From: Nannocystales bacterium | GTDB lineage: Bacteria; Myxococcota_A; Polyangia; Nannocystales; Nannocystaceae | NCBI GenBank assembly: GCA_050633305.1 | Contig: JBOEGF010000009.1 | Coordinates: forward strand, 126,314 to 190,313 | DNA length: 64,000 bases | Direction: 5' to 3' | Shown: piece after piece, positions 1 through 9,243 of the stretch | Layout: each line of letters starts with the position of its first letter | How positions within the stretch are numbered: the first letter of the stretch is position 1 | Made by a program: the position numbers and the translations under genes | Notes under the pieces: generated by a model | What the model was told of the DNA's origin: nothing | The model's input: the letters and a program-made list of their open reading frames with translations, nothing else | The model's database searches: none

Positions 1-62
1 TGGGTCTGTGCGTCGAACTGGAGGCGGACCGTCTTGTTTTCGGTGGTGGTGGGTGCGTTCAT
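1..62 (-). CDS. 5' fragment of the gene downstream of the thiolase (MNAPTTTENKTVRLQFDAQT...), possibly a beta-oxidation enoyl-CoA hydratase/3-hydroxyacyl-CoA dehydrogenase; runs off the window
   Basis: ATG at 62 with a GGAG RBS (ctcc at 71-74), 16 nt after the thiolase stop; product inferred from context only. Confidence 0.4.
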   Translation of the reverse strand, partial: MNAPTTTENKTVRLQFDAQT

Positions 63-78
63 CGCGATGGCTCCGAGT

Positions 79-1284
79 TCAGACGCGTTCGAGAATGGTG
101 GCGATGCCCATGCCACCGCCGATGCACAGCGTGACGGCGCCGACTTGCTTGTCATGGTCCTCGAGCGCGTCGAGGACTGTTCCCAAGAGCATCGCTCCGG
201 TGGCGCCCAGGGGGTGCCCCAGCGCGATCGCACCGCCGTTGACATTGACTGTGCTGGGGTCGACCTCCAACTCTTGCATGAAGGCCAGCGGCACGGCAGC
301 GAACGCTTCGTTGACCTCCCAAAGCTCGACGTCACTGGCTTGCATACCGGCCTTGGCCAACGCCTTGCGGGTGGCTGGCATGGGTCCGGCAAGCATTAAG
401 ATGGGATCGGTGCCGACCACCGCGACCGAGCGGATCTTCGCGCGTGGCGTCAGCCCCATGGATTTGCCCATCTGCTCGGTGGCCACCAGCACCGCGGCGG
501 CACCATCGACGATGCCCGAGCTGTTGCCTGCGTGGTGCACGTGTTGGACACGCTCGACCTGGGGGTAGCGCTCCTTGGTCAGCGCATCCAGCCCGAACTG
601 TCGGCCCATGGTTTCGAACGACGCCCCCAACTCGGATAGTGTCTCGAGGGTGGTGCCTGGACGTGGGTGCTCGTCGGACTCGAGGACCGGGAGCCCCAGA
701 CGGTCGGTCACGGGGACCAGGCTTCGCCCAAAGCGGTCCGCCTCGACCGCAGCCGCGGCTCGTTGCTGACTCTGCACTGCAAACCGGTCGCAGTCTTCTC
801 GGGTGATCCCGTTGAGCGTTGCCAGAAGGTCTGCACTGATGCCTTGCGGGACCGATCCGACGTTCCACAACGTGCTGGGATCGAAGATGGCTCCTCCGTC
901 GCTTCCCATCGCGACGCGAGACATGCTCTCCACGCCTCCGGCGACGACGCAGTCGTAGAAACCCGAGGCGACCATCGCTGCGGCGTCGTTGACCGCCTGA
1001 AGTCCGGAGCCACAGAATCGGTTGAGCGTCACGCCGGGTGCGTCGAGGTCCCATCCCGCCTCCAGGGCCGCAAATCGGGCGATGCACGCCCCCTGGTCCC
1101 CGGTCTGGGTCACGCAGCCGATGACGACATCGTCGACGATGGAGGTGTCGAGGCTGTTGCGCTCCGCCAGTGCGTGGAGCGACTGCGCGAGAAGGTCGAT
1201 CGGGCGGGTCGCGTAGAGGCTTCCGCTCTTCTTGCCGCGTCCTCGTGGGCTGCGGACGGCATCAAATACATAGGCGTCGGGCAC
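79..1284 (-). CDS. Acetyl-CoA C-acyltransferase (thiolase)
   Basis: NRFCGSG, GGVESMS, NEAFA, NGGAIALGHPLGATG and CIGGGMG motifs; GTG start at 1284 with AGGAG RBS. Confidence 0.95.
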   Translation of the reverse strand: MPDAYVFDAVRSPRGRGKKSGSLYATRPIDLLAQSLHALAERNSLDTSIVDDVVIGCVTQTGDQGACIARFAALEAGWDLDAPGVTLNRFCGSGLQAVNDAAAMVASGFYDCVVAGGVESMSRVAMGSDGGAIFDPSTLWNVGSVPQGISADLLATLNGITREDCDRFAVQSQQRAAAAVEADRFGRSLVPVTDRLGLPVLESDEHPRPGTTLETLSELGASFETMGRQFGLDALTKERYPQVERVQHVHHAGNSSGIVDGAAAVLVATEQMGKSMGLTPRAKIRSVAVVGTDPILMLAGPMPATRKALAKAGMQASDVELWEVNEAFAAVPLAFMQELEVDPSTVNVNGGAIALGHPLGATGAMLLGTVLDALEDHDKQVGAVTLCIGGGMGIATILERV

Positions 1285-1321
1285 GGTGCACTCCTGCCGC
1301 CCGTCGGGGGCTGGCGAAGGT

Positions 1322-1341
1322 ATAGTAAGCATGCTTAGTAT
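1322..1341. promoter_or_regulatory. Palindromic operator, probably bound by the adjacent MarR
   Basis: ATAGTAAGCATGCTTAGTAT with perfect 12-bp core TAAGCATGCTTA (1326-1337), in the 66-bp gap between divergent thiolase and MarR. Confidence 0.7.
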
Positions 1342-1350
1342 TCGGGTGCA

Positions 1351-1887
1351 ATGGCGCCGAAGACCACCACTGCACCTTCGCAGCCGACCGTCGGCGTTGC
1401 CGCAGCCACCGTCGCGGCAGAGGCTGGTGTCGCGCCGGACACACTCGAGCTTCGTCGGGTTCAGTCCGAGGCGTACTTGACGTTTGTGGCGATCGGGCGA
1501 CGACTCGAACGGCGGGTGGCGAGGCTCTTCGACGCGCATGGCCTTCACGACGTGACGCCGCCGCAGGCCAACGCCCTGATGATCCTGTTTGCGGCCAAGG
1601 AGCCGCTCCAAGCACGTGCGTTGGCCGACCGCATGGAACTCTCGCAAGTCACGGTGGGCCGTTTTCTCAAAGCCCTGGAGCAGGAGGGCTGGGTCGCCCG
1701 CGAGCGCGACCCCGACGATGCCCGCGCGATGCTCGTGCGGCCGACGCCCAAGGCCTATCGGACGCTTCCGAGCTTCATCGCGGTCTCGAACACGATGCTC
1801 GACCAGGCATTCGATGGGTTCTCCCGACCCGAGATCCGCCGGATCGCAACGGTCGCGGGGCGCGTCCGGGAAAACCTCTCCGACTGA
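1351..1887 (+). CDS. MarR family transcriptional regulator
   Basis: VTPPQANAL...LADRMELSQVTVGRFLKALEQEGWVARERDPDDARAMLVRPTPK winged HTH. Confidence 0.92.
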   Translation: MAPKTTTAPSQPTVGVAAATVAAEAGVAPDTLELRRVQSEAYLTFVAIGRRLERRVARLFDAHGLHDVTPPQANALMILFAAKEPLQARALADRMELSQVTVGRFLKALEQEGWVARERDPDDARAMLVRPTPKAYRTLPSFIAVSNTMLDQAFDGFSRPEIRRIATVAGRVRENLSD

Positions 1888-1894
1888 GCGGGCG

Positions 1895-2725
1895 CTACAG
1901 TTCCAGCGATTCGAGGACCCAGGTCGGCTGCAGCGGTGCATCGGGGAGTGGTCGGCGGCCGACGCCGGTTTCGGTCAGGGCGACGTCGAGCCCGGCCGTG
2001 AGCGCCCCGGCGACGTCCGTCTCCAGTTGATCGCCGATCATCAGGATGCGGCCTTCGAGCCGTTGTGTGGCGGCTTCGAAGATCGGTGCGTGGGGCTTGC
2101 CCAGACGCTCGAAGCTTGGGGCGTCTGTCCCGAAGCGAGCCTGGAGTCCGCGCTCGATCACACACGCCGCGGCGCCCGCGGTGATGCCCACTGCGCCGCC
2201 GGCCTTGGGATACAGGATGTCGGGGTTGGGCAGCACGAGGGCGGTGGGGTGCCCAAGTTCGGTGCGACGAATGAGGGTGGACAGGACGGCTTCGATCGTC
2301 TGGACGAAGGGGAACCCAGCTTCGTCACAGACCAGCAGGGCCCGAGCTTGTGCGTCCTGTGGTGGGACCACGTGCAGGCCCGCTTCGGCAGCGATCCGTT
2401 GCGAGCCTTCGGGTCCGAGCACGATGCAAGGGGCGTCGATGAGGCCGTGTTGTCGGACCCAGGGACCGACCATCATGCCGCTGGTGAGGATCTCGTCCTC
2501 ACCAAGTCCAATGTCGAATCTCTGAAGGCGATGGTGGACCTGTGCGCGGGTCCGCGAGGCGTCGTTGCTCAGCAGCAGCTTCGCCTTGCCCGATGCGGCC
2601 AGTGCACGCACGAACGCCGCGGCATGGGGCAGGGGGCCCTCGCCGTCGACCAACACGCCGTACGCGTCGAGAAGAAAACCATCGTAGCGCTCGAAGAGGG
2701 AGCGCACTCGGACCACCGTCGACAC
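1895..2725 (-). CDS. HAD-IIA family hydrolase (NagD-like)
   Basis: LLDAYGVL, LSND, NPD, LGKPHAPIF and MIGDQLETDVAGA motifs; GTG start is a best guess. Confidence 0.9.
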   Translation of the reverse strand: MSTVVRVRSLFERYDGFLLDAYGVLVDGEGPLPHAAAFVRALAASGKAKLLLSNDASRTRAQVHHRLQRFDIGLGEDEILTSGMMVGPWVRQHGLIDAPCIVLGPEGSQRIAAEAGLHVVPPQDAQARALLVCDEAGFPFVQTIEAVLSTLIRRTELGHPTALVLPNPDILYPKAGGAVGITAGAAACVIERGLQARFGTDAPSFERLGKPHAPIFEAATQRLEGRILMIGDQLETDVAGALTAGLDVALTETGVGRRPLPDAPLQPTWVLESLEL

Positions 2726-2757
2726 GGGCCGTAGCGTAGCAGTGCTACGTTGACCGC

Positions 2758-3468
2758 ATGAGTGAGCGGGCGTTTGTGGCAGGGGCCACGGGGTACACCG
2801 GGCGGGCGGTTGTGTCCGAACTCCGCCGACGCGGTTTGACGACGACGGCACACGTGCGCCCCGACTCGTCGTCGTTGTCGCGTTGGACACAGCGCTTCGA
2901 GGAACTCGGCGCGGTGGTGGACACCACCGCCTGGGAGCTCGAGGCCATGACCACGACGCTCGCCGCAGTCCAGCCCACGGTCGTCTTTGCACTGTTGGGG
3001 ACCACGCGCAGGCGGGCGGCGACCGAAGGCATGGACAGCAAGGCGGGGTACGAGCGGATCGACTACGGTTTGTCGAAGCTCCTGCTCGATGCATGTCGTG
3101 CTGCGGCCCCACAGGCGCGCTTCATTTACCTGTCCTCGCTCGGTGTGAAAGAAGGGACCCGCAACCCTTACCTCTCGGCACGCGCACGGGTGGAGCGAGC
3201 GCTGCGAGACTGCGGTCAGCCGTTCACCGTGGCGCGGCCGAGTTTCATCTCCGGTCCAGGCCGGGACGAGGACCGACTGGGTGAGCGGGTCGGCGCAACG
3301 GTTGCGGACGCGCTCTTGGGTGCGGTGGGGTGGCTGGGGGCCAGGCGAACCCGGGACCGATTTGCGTCGATGGATGCCGACACGCTCGCCGCGGGGCTGG
3401 TGCGCGCTGCCCTCGACCCCGAGGCGCGGGACGCTGTCCTCGAGGCAGATGCGCTTCGAGCGGGCTGA
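2758..3468 (+). CDS. NAD(P)-binding atypical SDR / epimerase-like oxidoreductase
   Basis: GATGYTG Rossmann motif, LGTTR, IDYG, RPSFISG. Confidence 0.85.
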   Translation: MSERAFVAGATGYTGRAVVSELRRRGLTTTAHVRPDSSSLSRWTQRFEELGAVVDTTAWELEAMTTTLAAVQPTVVFALLGTTRRRAATEGMDSKAGYERIDYGLSKLLLDACRAAAPQARFIYLSSLGVKEGTRNPYLSARARVERALRDCGQPFTVARPSFISGPGRDEDRLGERVGATVADALLGAVGWLGARRTRDRFASMDADTLAAGLVRAALDPEARDAVLEADALRAG

Positions 3469-3477
3469 CCCCATCGG

Positions 3478-3497
3478 AGCTCGGCCCGGGCTTTTTT
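3478..3497 (+). terminator. Possible weak intrinsic terminator
   Basis: AGCTCG-GCC-CGGGCT hairpin followed by a T run, just after the stop at 3468. Confidence 0.3.
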
Positions 3498-3546
3498 CGA
3501 GTTTGTCGTGATCCGATCCGGGCTCGCGCCGCACAACCCCCCTGGC

Positions 3547-4413
3547 GTGAAGCGGTTTGCCCTGATCCTCATCATGACTCCCGGGTGCTTCTCGGAACCC
3601 ACGGAACCCCTTGCGACAGGGTCTACTGGCGATCCTGCGAGCTCTTCAGGAGACTTGCAGCCTGGCTCTTCGAGCGACAACGACGCGGGCGGAGAGTCCA
3701 GCGGGTTCGGAACGTGGGGGAGCAGTTCGACGGGCTGGATTCTCGAGAGCTCCACCGGGAGCTCGGGCGGGGACTCGGACGACACGTCGACAACCACGGG
3801 ACCCCAAGGAACGTGCGGCAATGGAGAGGTCGAGGCCGGTGAGGTTTGTGATGAGCCTAGCGCGACGTTGGAGACCGGTGCGTGTCGCCCTGACTGCGCG
3901 GGGGTGATCGAGAGCCGGACGATCCGAGTCTCGAACACAAGTGTCCTGGGGGACCTGGGGCAGAACCCCGTCGCCACGGTCGATGCGCTGTGTCCTGCGG
4001 GTCATCGCGCGATGTTTTCGGACGGCGAGAACCGACGGGCGACCACGGTGGCCAATGGTGTGTTCGACCCCGTGGACTGGGTTCTGGAGCCGTACACCGC
4101 GTACGTGAACGCGAACGGGGCGTTGCTGTGGGTGACCGACGAGGTCGCGCTGCTGGGCGTTCGGACGGGGACCACACAGACGCTCCTCGCCCCCATCGTC
4201 GCGTTCGAAGACAACCCCCCCGGCTGCATCACTGGGATGAACGCGGACTGGACGGCGCCGGCGAGTGCGGACTGCCTGGGCTGGTCCACGGCTGCGGCGT
4301 CGGAGGACCACAACGTGGGCATTCCGTGGGTACAGGACGTCGGCGCGTTTCTGAACAACGGTGGGATCACGCCGTGCAACCTTCCCGAGCATGTGTACTG
4401 CGTCGAGGGGTGA
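3547..4413 (+). CDS. Lipoprotein with Ser/Thr/Gly linker, Cys-rich repeat and DUF1554-like C-terminal domain
   Basis: ILIMTPGC lipobox; CGNGEVEAGEVCD repeat; AMFSDGENRRATT..DWVLEPYTAY..CLGWS..YCVE resembles DUF1554. Confidence 0.7.
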   Translation: MKRFALILIMTPGCFSEPTEPLATGSTGDPASSSGDLQPGSSSDNDAGGESSGFGTWGSSSTGWILESSTGSSGGDSDDTSTTTGPQGTCGNGEVEAGEVCDEPSATLETGACRPDCAGVIESRTIRVSNTSVLGDLGQNPVATVDALCPAGHRAMFSDGENRRATTVANGVFDPVDWVLEPYTAYVNANGALLWVTDEVALLGVRTGTTQTLLAPIVAFEDNPPGCITGMNADWTAPASADCLGWSTAAASEDHNVGIPWVQDVGAFLNNGGITPCNLPEHVYCVEG

Positions 4414-4427
4414 GCGCGGCGGGGTGC

Positions 4428-6578
4428 TCAGCTGGAGCGCGGCCGAACGTCTCGCGCACCGCTGGCACAGCGGCGAAGCTCGCTGAGGTCGGCGGATTCA
4501 CGGCCGAATCGAATCTCGTCATACTGCGCGACGAAGCGCAGCAGCGGCGCCCCGTCTTCGAGCTCCGGCGAGACGCGCTGCGCGAACCGTTTGGGGCTCT
4601 CGGTAGGGTCGCGCACCATGCCGTGTCGCGCGAGCGCCTTGAGCACCTGCGCGTACAGTTGCTGCGCCTCGGGAAGCTTGGGCTTGGAGCGCCGACGCCA
4701 CAACCACACGGCCAGCAGCACGAGCGCGGCTCCGCCCCCCCACATCGCGACGCCACGCCATTGGACCCGTGGGTACTGGCCCGAGCTGCTGCGCATGCCG
4801 AGCCCCTCGAGCAGGCTCAGCTGCTTGGTCAGGTTGTAGTCGATGACATACTCGAGGTATGCGTTTCGCAGCGCATCGAAGGCCTCGTTGAGTGCGGGGA
4901 TGAGGGGCGCATCGTCTCCGGCGACGCGACCCGACGGCGGCGTCGGGTCGAACGTGATCCAGCCAGCCTCCGGCCCAAACCACACTTCGACCCACGAGTG
5001 CGCGTCTGCCTGGCGGACGGCGTAGAAGTCCCCCAACGCGTTGTAGTGAGCACCATAGTAGCCGTTGACGAGCCGGGTGGGGATCCCGACCTCGCGACCG
5101 AGGACGGCGAGTGCGGTCGCAAAGTACTCGCAATGCCCAGTCTGGGTATCGAAGAGGAACCCCTCCAGTGGGTCGGCGCCGTCGCGGACTCTTGGCGACG
5201 ACTCGAGGTCGGTGGTGTAGCCGAACTCACCGAGGTGGCCCATCAGTGCCAGGACTTTGTCGTAGCGATTTGTGGCGTCGTTGGTGAGCTGCTGGGCAAG
5301 GTCCAGGACTTCGGGAGACAGTCCTTCGGTCCGGCGGAGGTAGCCCGCGAACTCCTCGTCGACCTCGGGATCGCCCAGGCCGCGGAGCAGATGTGCGTTG
5401 GGGGTTCCGACCTGGGCGACGAACTCGTATTGGACGGGGCCGGGGGGCTTGTCGATCCGGAACTCCCGATGGAGGCCAGGGCGAACCTTGAGGTCGCGTT
5501 GTTCGAGCGCGCCTCGGGGCGAGACACGAACGGCGACGGGATCGCTGGCGACAAACATCGCATCGACGCCAAGATCCTCGAGCATCACATCGACGTGAAT
5601 CTGCTGCGCGTCTTCCAGGTACGGCTTGGGAAGCGCCTCGTACTGGGCGCTGAGTTTTCCCGGAGAGAGGCCGCGGACCGGAACGAGCAACGGCGTCTTG
5701 TTCGGAGCGAGGGCTCGGTACTGGCCCACGCGTCGAAGTGGGACCCGCTCGGCGGAGGCGTTGTTGTTGGACCAGCGCCCATCTTGGTAGATGTCGAACG
5801 CGCCCCCGCGCAGGTGCCACGTCAGCCGGTCGACCCGCGGCATGTCGCCCTTGGGTCGCAATCGGGCCGCGACCGTCGCATCGGATTTGATGCGACCGAA
5901 GTCGCCGAGCGTGACTTCACCCGCGAAACCGCTGCGAGAGTCCTTGGAGAAGGCGCCGCGCAGGAACACACCCGCGCCCCAGCGAGGGAAGAGCAGGAAC
6001 ACCAGCAATGCGCCAACACCCGCAAGAGCGGCCACACCGGAGGCCGCGCGCCACAGTGTCTTGCGTGAGCGCATCGCTGCGCGGGCCATCTCCGCCATCA
6101 CCCGCACCCCGAGGCGCTCGCCCTCGGACATCAGGTGGTTGACCACCAACGTCATGACCGCGATGACGGTGTAGGCGGCAAAGAGGACCGGGTAGGTCAG
6201 GCCGGTGTTCACCACCGCGCCCACAACCATCATCAGCGAGCCCAGCATGAGCAGCTGCATGTGCTCTCGGGCTTTCTGGCGGTTGAACAGGCGCTGGACG
6301 ATCATCAGGAGAAGAAAATCCACGCCGGCGTCGAGCAGGTCGCCGACGAGCAGGACTCGTGCGAACGTGGCGACCAGCGCGAAGACAATGCCGACCGTCC
6401 AAATGCGTAGCGTGGACTTGGGCGTCACCTCGGGGCGCGGGCGGTAGAAGGCGAGCGCGCCGAAGGCCAGGGCCAGGCCGAGGCTGGTCCACGACATGCC
6501 GCCGCCGGCGAGCACAGCCGCGGAGGCGATGAGGGCTTGCAGGGCGCTGAGGCGGTCACGGAGCTCGCGCAGGGTCAT
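4428..6578 (-). CDS. DUF3488 + transglutaminase-like membrane protein (TgpA family)
   Basis: N-terminal TM helices; GHCEYFATA, AHSWVEVW and FDPTP catalytic motifs. Confidence 0.92.
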   Translation of the reverse strand: MTLRELRDRLSALQALIASAAVLAGGGMSWTSLGLALAFGALAFYRPRPEVTPKSTLRIWTVGIVFALVATFARVLLVGDLLDAGVDFLLLMIVQRLFNRQKAREHMQLLMLGSLMMVVGAVVNTGLTYPVLFAAYTVIAVMTLVVNHLMSEGERLGVRVMAEMARAAMRSRKTLWRAASGVAALAGVGALLVFLLFPRWGAGVFLRGAFSKDSRSGFAGEVTLGDFGRIKSDATVAARLRPKGDMPRVDRLTWHLRGGAFDIYQDGRWSNNNASAERVPLRRVGQYRALAPNKTPLLVPVRGLSPGKLSAQYEALPKPYLEDAQQIHVDVMLEDLGVDAMFVASDPVAVRVSPRGALEQRDLKVRPGLHREFRIDKPPGPVQYEFVAQVGTPNAHLLRGLGDPEVDEEFAGYLRRTEGLSPEVLDLAQQLTNDATNRYDKVLALMGHLGEFGYTTDLESSPRVRDGADPLEGFLFDTQTGHCEYFATALAVLGREVGIPTRLVNGYYGAHYNALGDFYAVRQADAHSWVEVWFGPEAGWITFDPTPPSGRVAGDDAPLIPALNEAFDALRNAYLEYVIDYNLTKQLSLLEGLGMRSSSGQYPRVQWRGVAMWGGGAALVLLAVWLWRRRSKPKLPEAQQLYAQVLKALARHGMVRDPTESPKRFAQRVSPELEDGAPLLRFVAQYDEIRFGRESADLSELRRCASGARDVRPRSS

Positions 6579-7564
6579 GCGGGGTGTTCTCCGATCAACG
6601 CGAGAGCTTCCAGCAGGGTGTGCCGAGCGTGGGCGCCCGACGCCGGCTCGAGCATCAGCTCACCGCCGTATCGCAGGCCAACAGCCACCCCAGGTTCCTG
6701 CAGGTAGGCCACGGCCATGGAGGCGACACGCGACACCTCGGCTTCGAACTGGGGGTCGCCGGTGGTGCCCAACCCGAGGTCGAGCAGGCGTTCGTCGTCC
6801 CCCAGCGCCTCGTAGTCGCGGACGGCTGGACGTTGGCCGCGAGCGACCGTGCGCCAATCGATACGTCGTGGGTCGTCACCCTCTCGGTACTCCCGCATGC
6901 CGAAAAACTCTCCGACACGAGCGATCCGCCCGGACGCTTCGCCCTGGCCGGGGCGATGCCGGGTGCCCGTCTCGACACGGACGGGGTGCAGTTTGGGGTA
7001 GACGGTGATCTCCGGAGGCTTTGCGACGTCGCGGCGTTTGACGAATAGGCCAAACGGGAATCGGGTCGCGACCACGGCACGCGGCAGCGCGTGGCGACCG
7101 CGGGCCGGCATGGTGACGGTCGTATGCAGCGTGAGGGTTTGTTTGGGGGCGAGACGGACAGCAAACACCGGGCCACAGACGCCGGGCTGATCGCCGTCGT
7201 CATCCTCGACGCTCACGGAGAGCAACTCGCCCGCGGCACTGCTGTTGGAGATCTCGACCTGCAGGGGCGTAGGGGTCTGCGCGTGGACGGCTTCGGCGAG
7301 CACCCTTTTGGCCGAGGCTCGAAACACCGCTCGCTCCGAGAGCATGCCGCTGCCGATGATCAGGGCCATTTGCGCTCCGAACACCGCATGCAGCAGGTTG
7401 GCGCCCGAGTTGATCGCGGCAAACCCCACTGCGAGCGTCAGGGCGATGAACAACCACCCCGACTTCGTGATCTCGAGCCGACGCCCGCGCGCCGACAACA
7501 TGCGCCGAAGCAGCCGCGAGATACGGCCCTTCGGTGGAGCGGCGGGCGTGTCGTGAGCCATCAC
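6575..7564 (-). CDS. DUF58 domain protein
   Basis: TRFPFGLF and EFFGMREYREGDDPRRIDWR; 4-nt overlaps with both neighbours. Confidence 0.92.
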   Translation of the reverse strand: MMAHDTPAAPPKGRISRLLRRMLSARGRRLEITKSGWLFIALTLAVGFAAINSGANLLHAVFGAQMALIIGSGMLSERAVFRASAKRVLAEAVHAQTPTPLQVEISNSSAAGELLSVSVEDDDGDQPGVCGPVFAVRLAPKQTLTLHTTVTMPARGRHALPRAVVATRFPFGLFVKRRDVAKPPEITVYPKLHPVRVETGTRHRPGQGEASGRIARVGEFFGMREYREGDDPRRIDWRTVARGQRPAVRDYEALGDDERLLDLGLGTTGDPQFEAEVSRVASMAVAYLQEPGVAVGLRYGGELMLEPASGAHARHTLLEALALIGEHPA

Positions 7565-8475
7565 TGAGGAACGGGGACGGTGGCCGTGATCTCTCGGACC
7601 AGCTCTTCAGAGGATGCGCTGGCTTCGTCCGATGCGAGGCTCGGCAACACGCGGTGGGCCAACGCAGCGATCGCGAGCTCTTGGAGGTCGTCCAGGCTCA
7701 CCTGCTCTCGGCCTTGAAGCAGAGCGCGAGCGCGGGCGGCCGCGACCCAAGCCAAAGCGCCACGTGTGCTCACCCCGAGCCGCGCGCGGGGGTGCTCCCG
7801 TGTCGCCTGGACCACGGCCTGGGCATAGGCCGCGAGGTCGGCGTGCACGAAGACCTTTTGCGCCGCACGTTGGGCTGCGAGCACATCCTCCGGCGAGACC
7901 ACGGCCTCTGCTTGGGGGCGTGTGCCGTTGCCTTGTAGAAGCGCCGCCTCCACCTCCGGGGCCGCGTACCCCATCGACAGTCGCAGCACGAAGCGGTCGC
8001 GTTGGGACTCCGGCAGCGGGTAGGTGCCGTAGTGCTCCAAGGGGTTCTGCGTCGCGATGACCATGAACGGCTCGGGCAGGGGCCGGCTCACGCCGTCGAC
8101 CGAGATCTGGTGCTCACCCATCGCCTCGAGAAGGGCGCTTTGCGTCCTGGGGGGCGCCCGGTTGACCTCGTCGGCGAGGACGAAGTTCGCGAACAGGGGG
8201 CCTTCGCGAAACTCGAACGCTTCCCGTTGCGGTCGCCACACATTGACCCCCAGGACATCGGCTGGAAGCAGGTCGGCCGTGAACTGAATGCGCCGGAAAG
8301 CACCACCCACTGCGCCCGCGAGAGAGCGAGCGAGGGTGCTCTTGCCCACGCCTGGCATGTCTTCGAGGAGCAGGTGGCCCCCGGATAGCAGGGCCACGAG
8401 CGCCAAGTCGATGATCTCGTCCTTCCCGACGATCGCGCTGCCGACCGCCTCTCGGATCGCGGCCGCGGTGGCCAT
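7561..8475 (-). CDS. MoxR family AAA+ ATPase
   Basis: GHLLLEDMPGVGKS, RIQFTADLLPADVLG, DEVNRAPPRTQSALLEAM, ATQNP; true start may lie up to ~70 nt upstream. Confidence 0.93.
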   Translation of the reverse strand: MATAAAIREAVGSAIVGKDEIIDLALVALLSGGHLLLEDMPGVGKSTLARSLAGAVGGAFRRIQFTADLLPADVLGVNVWRPQREAFEFREGPLFANFVLADEVNRAPPRTQSALLEAMGEHQISVDGVSRPLPEPFMVIATQNPLEHYGTYPLPESQRDRFVLRLSMGYAAPEVEAALLQGNGTRPQAEAVVSPEDVLAAQRAAQKVFVHADLAAYAQAVVQATREHPRARLGVSTRGALAWVAAARARALLQGREQVSLDDLQELAIAALAHRVLPSLASDEASASSEELVREITATVPVPQ

Positions 8476-8558
8476 GGGAGTGGGCGTAGGACGGGGGGTG
8501 TGGACAGCCGGAGCGGACACCGCAGACGAGTGTACGTCAGCGACCGAGCAAACGTTTC

Positions 8559-9227
8559 TCAGTGCGCGCCTGGATCGTCGCTGCCGCGCTTGCGGGCCAA
8601 CATGACACCATCGCGGACCGACAACAGGACCGCGTCGACCCGGGTGTCGGCGCGGACACGCGCATTGAAGGAGACGAGGGCGTGGTCGGACGGTTCCTCT
8701 GGATGTAGGACCTTTCCGCTCCACAGGGTGTTGTCGGCGACGATCAGCCCTCCGACGCGCATCATCGGTACGAGCGCTTCCCAGTACGCCTCGTAGGAGG
8801 TCTTGTCCGCGTCGATGAACGCCAGGTCGATCGGCTCGTCATCCCTCGCGAGAGTCTCGAGGGTGTCCAGCGCGGGGCCGAGGCGGAGGTTGATCTTGTG
8901 ACCGTGTGCGCTGCGCCTCCAAAACGTCTTCGCGAGGTCGGTCGCGACCGGGTCGATGTCGCAGGTGATCACTTGTCCGCCCTCGGCGACCCCGGCTGCA
9001 AGACTGAGCGTCGAGTAGCCACTGAAGGTGCCTATCTCGACGACACGCCGTGCTCCAACGGTCATTGCGAGCAGGCGCAGCAACGCGCCTTCGACTCGCC
9101 CAACCTGCATCTGCGGATCCTCGAGTTGGCCGTAGGTGGCCTCTTTGAGTTCTGTGAGGAGCGCGGCCTCGGCTGGTGCGTGGTCCTCGACGTAGGTGGC
9201 GAGGTCTGGGGACAGCAGGGTGAGCAC
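8559..9227 (-). CDS. SAM-dependent O-methyltransferase (caffeoyl-CoA OMT-like)
   Basis: VEIGTFSGYS, DLAFIDADK, ADNTLWSG. Confidence 0.9.
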   Translation of the reverse strand: MLTLLSPDLATYVEDHAPAEAALLTELKEATYGQLEDPQMQVGRVEGALLRLLAMTVGARRVVEIGTFSGYSTLSLAAGVAEGGQVITCDIDPVATDLAKTFWRRSAHGHKINLRLGPALDTLETLARDDEPIDLAFIDADKTSYEAYWEALVPMMRVGGLIVADNTLWSGKVLHPEEPSDHALVSFNARVRADTRVDAVLLSVRDGVMLARKRGSDDPGAH

Positions 9228-9243
9228 GGATCCACCGTAGCAG

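Noticed and set aside
1285..1941. N-terminal extension of the thiolase ORF (620 aa)
   Set aside because: Overlaps MarR on the other strand; the RBS and thiolase N-terminus fit GTG 1284
3990..6068. 692-aa plus-strand ORF
   Set aside because: Antisense shadow of the transglutaminase gene; no motifs; such ORFs are typical of high-GC DNA
7561..8475. MoxR-DUF58-transglutaminase operon as a novel system
   Set aside because: Well-known, widespread three-gene arrangement
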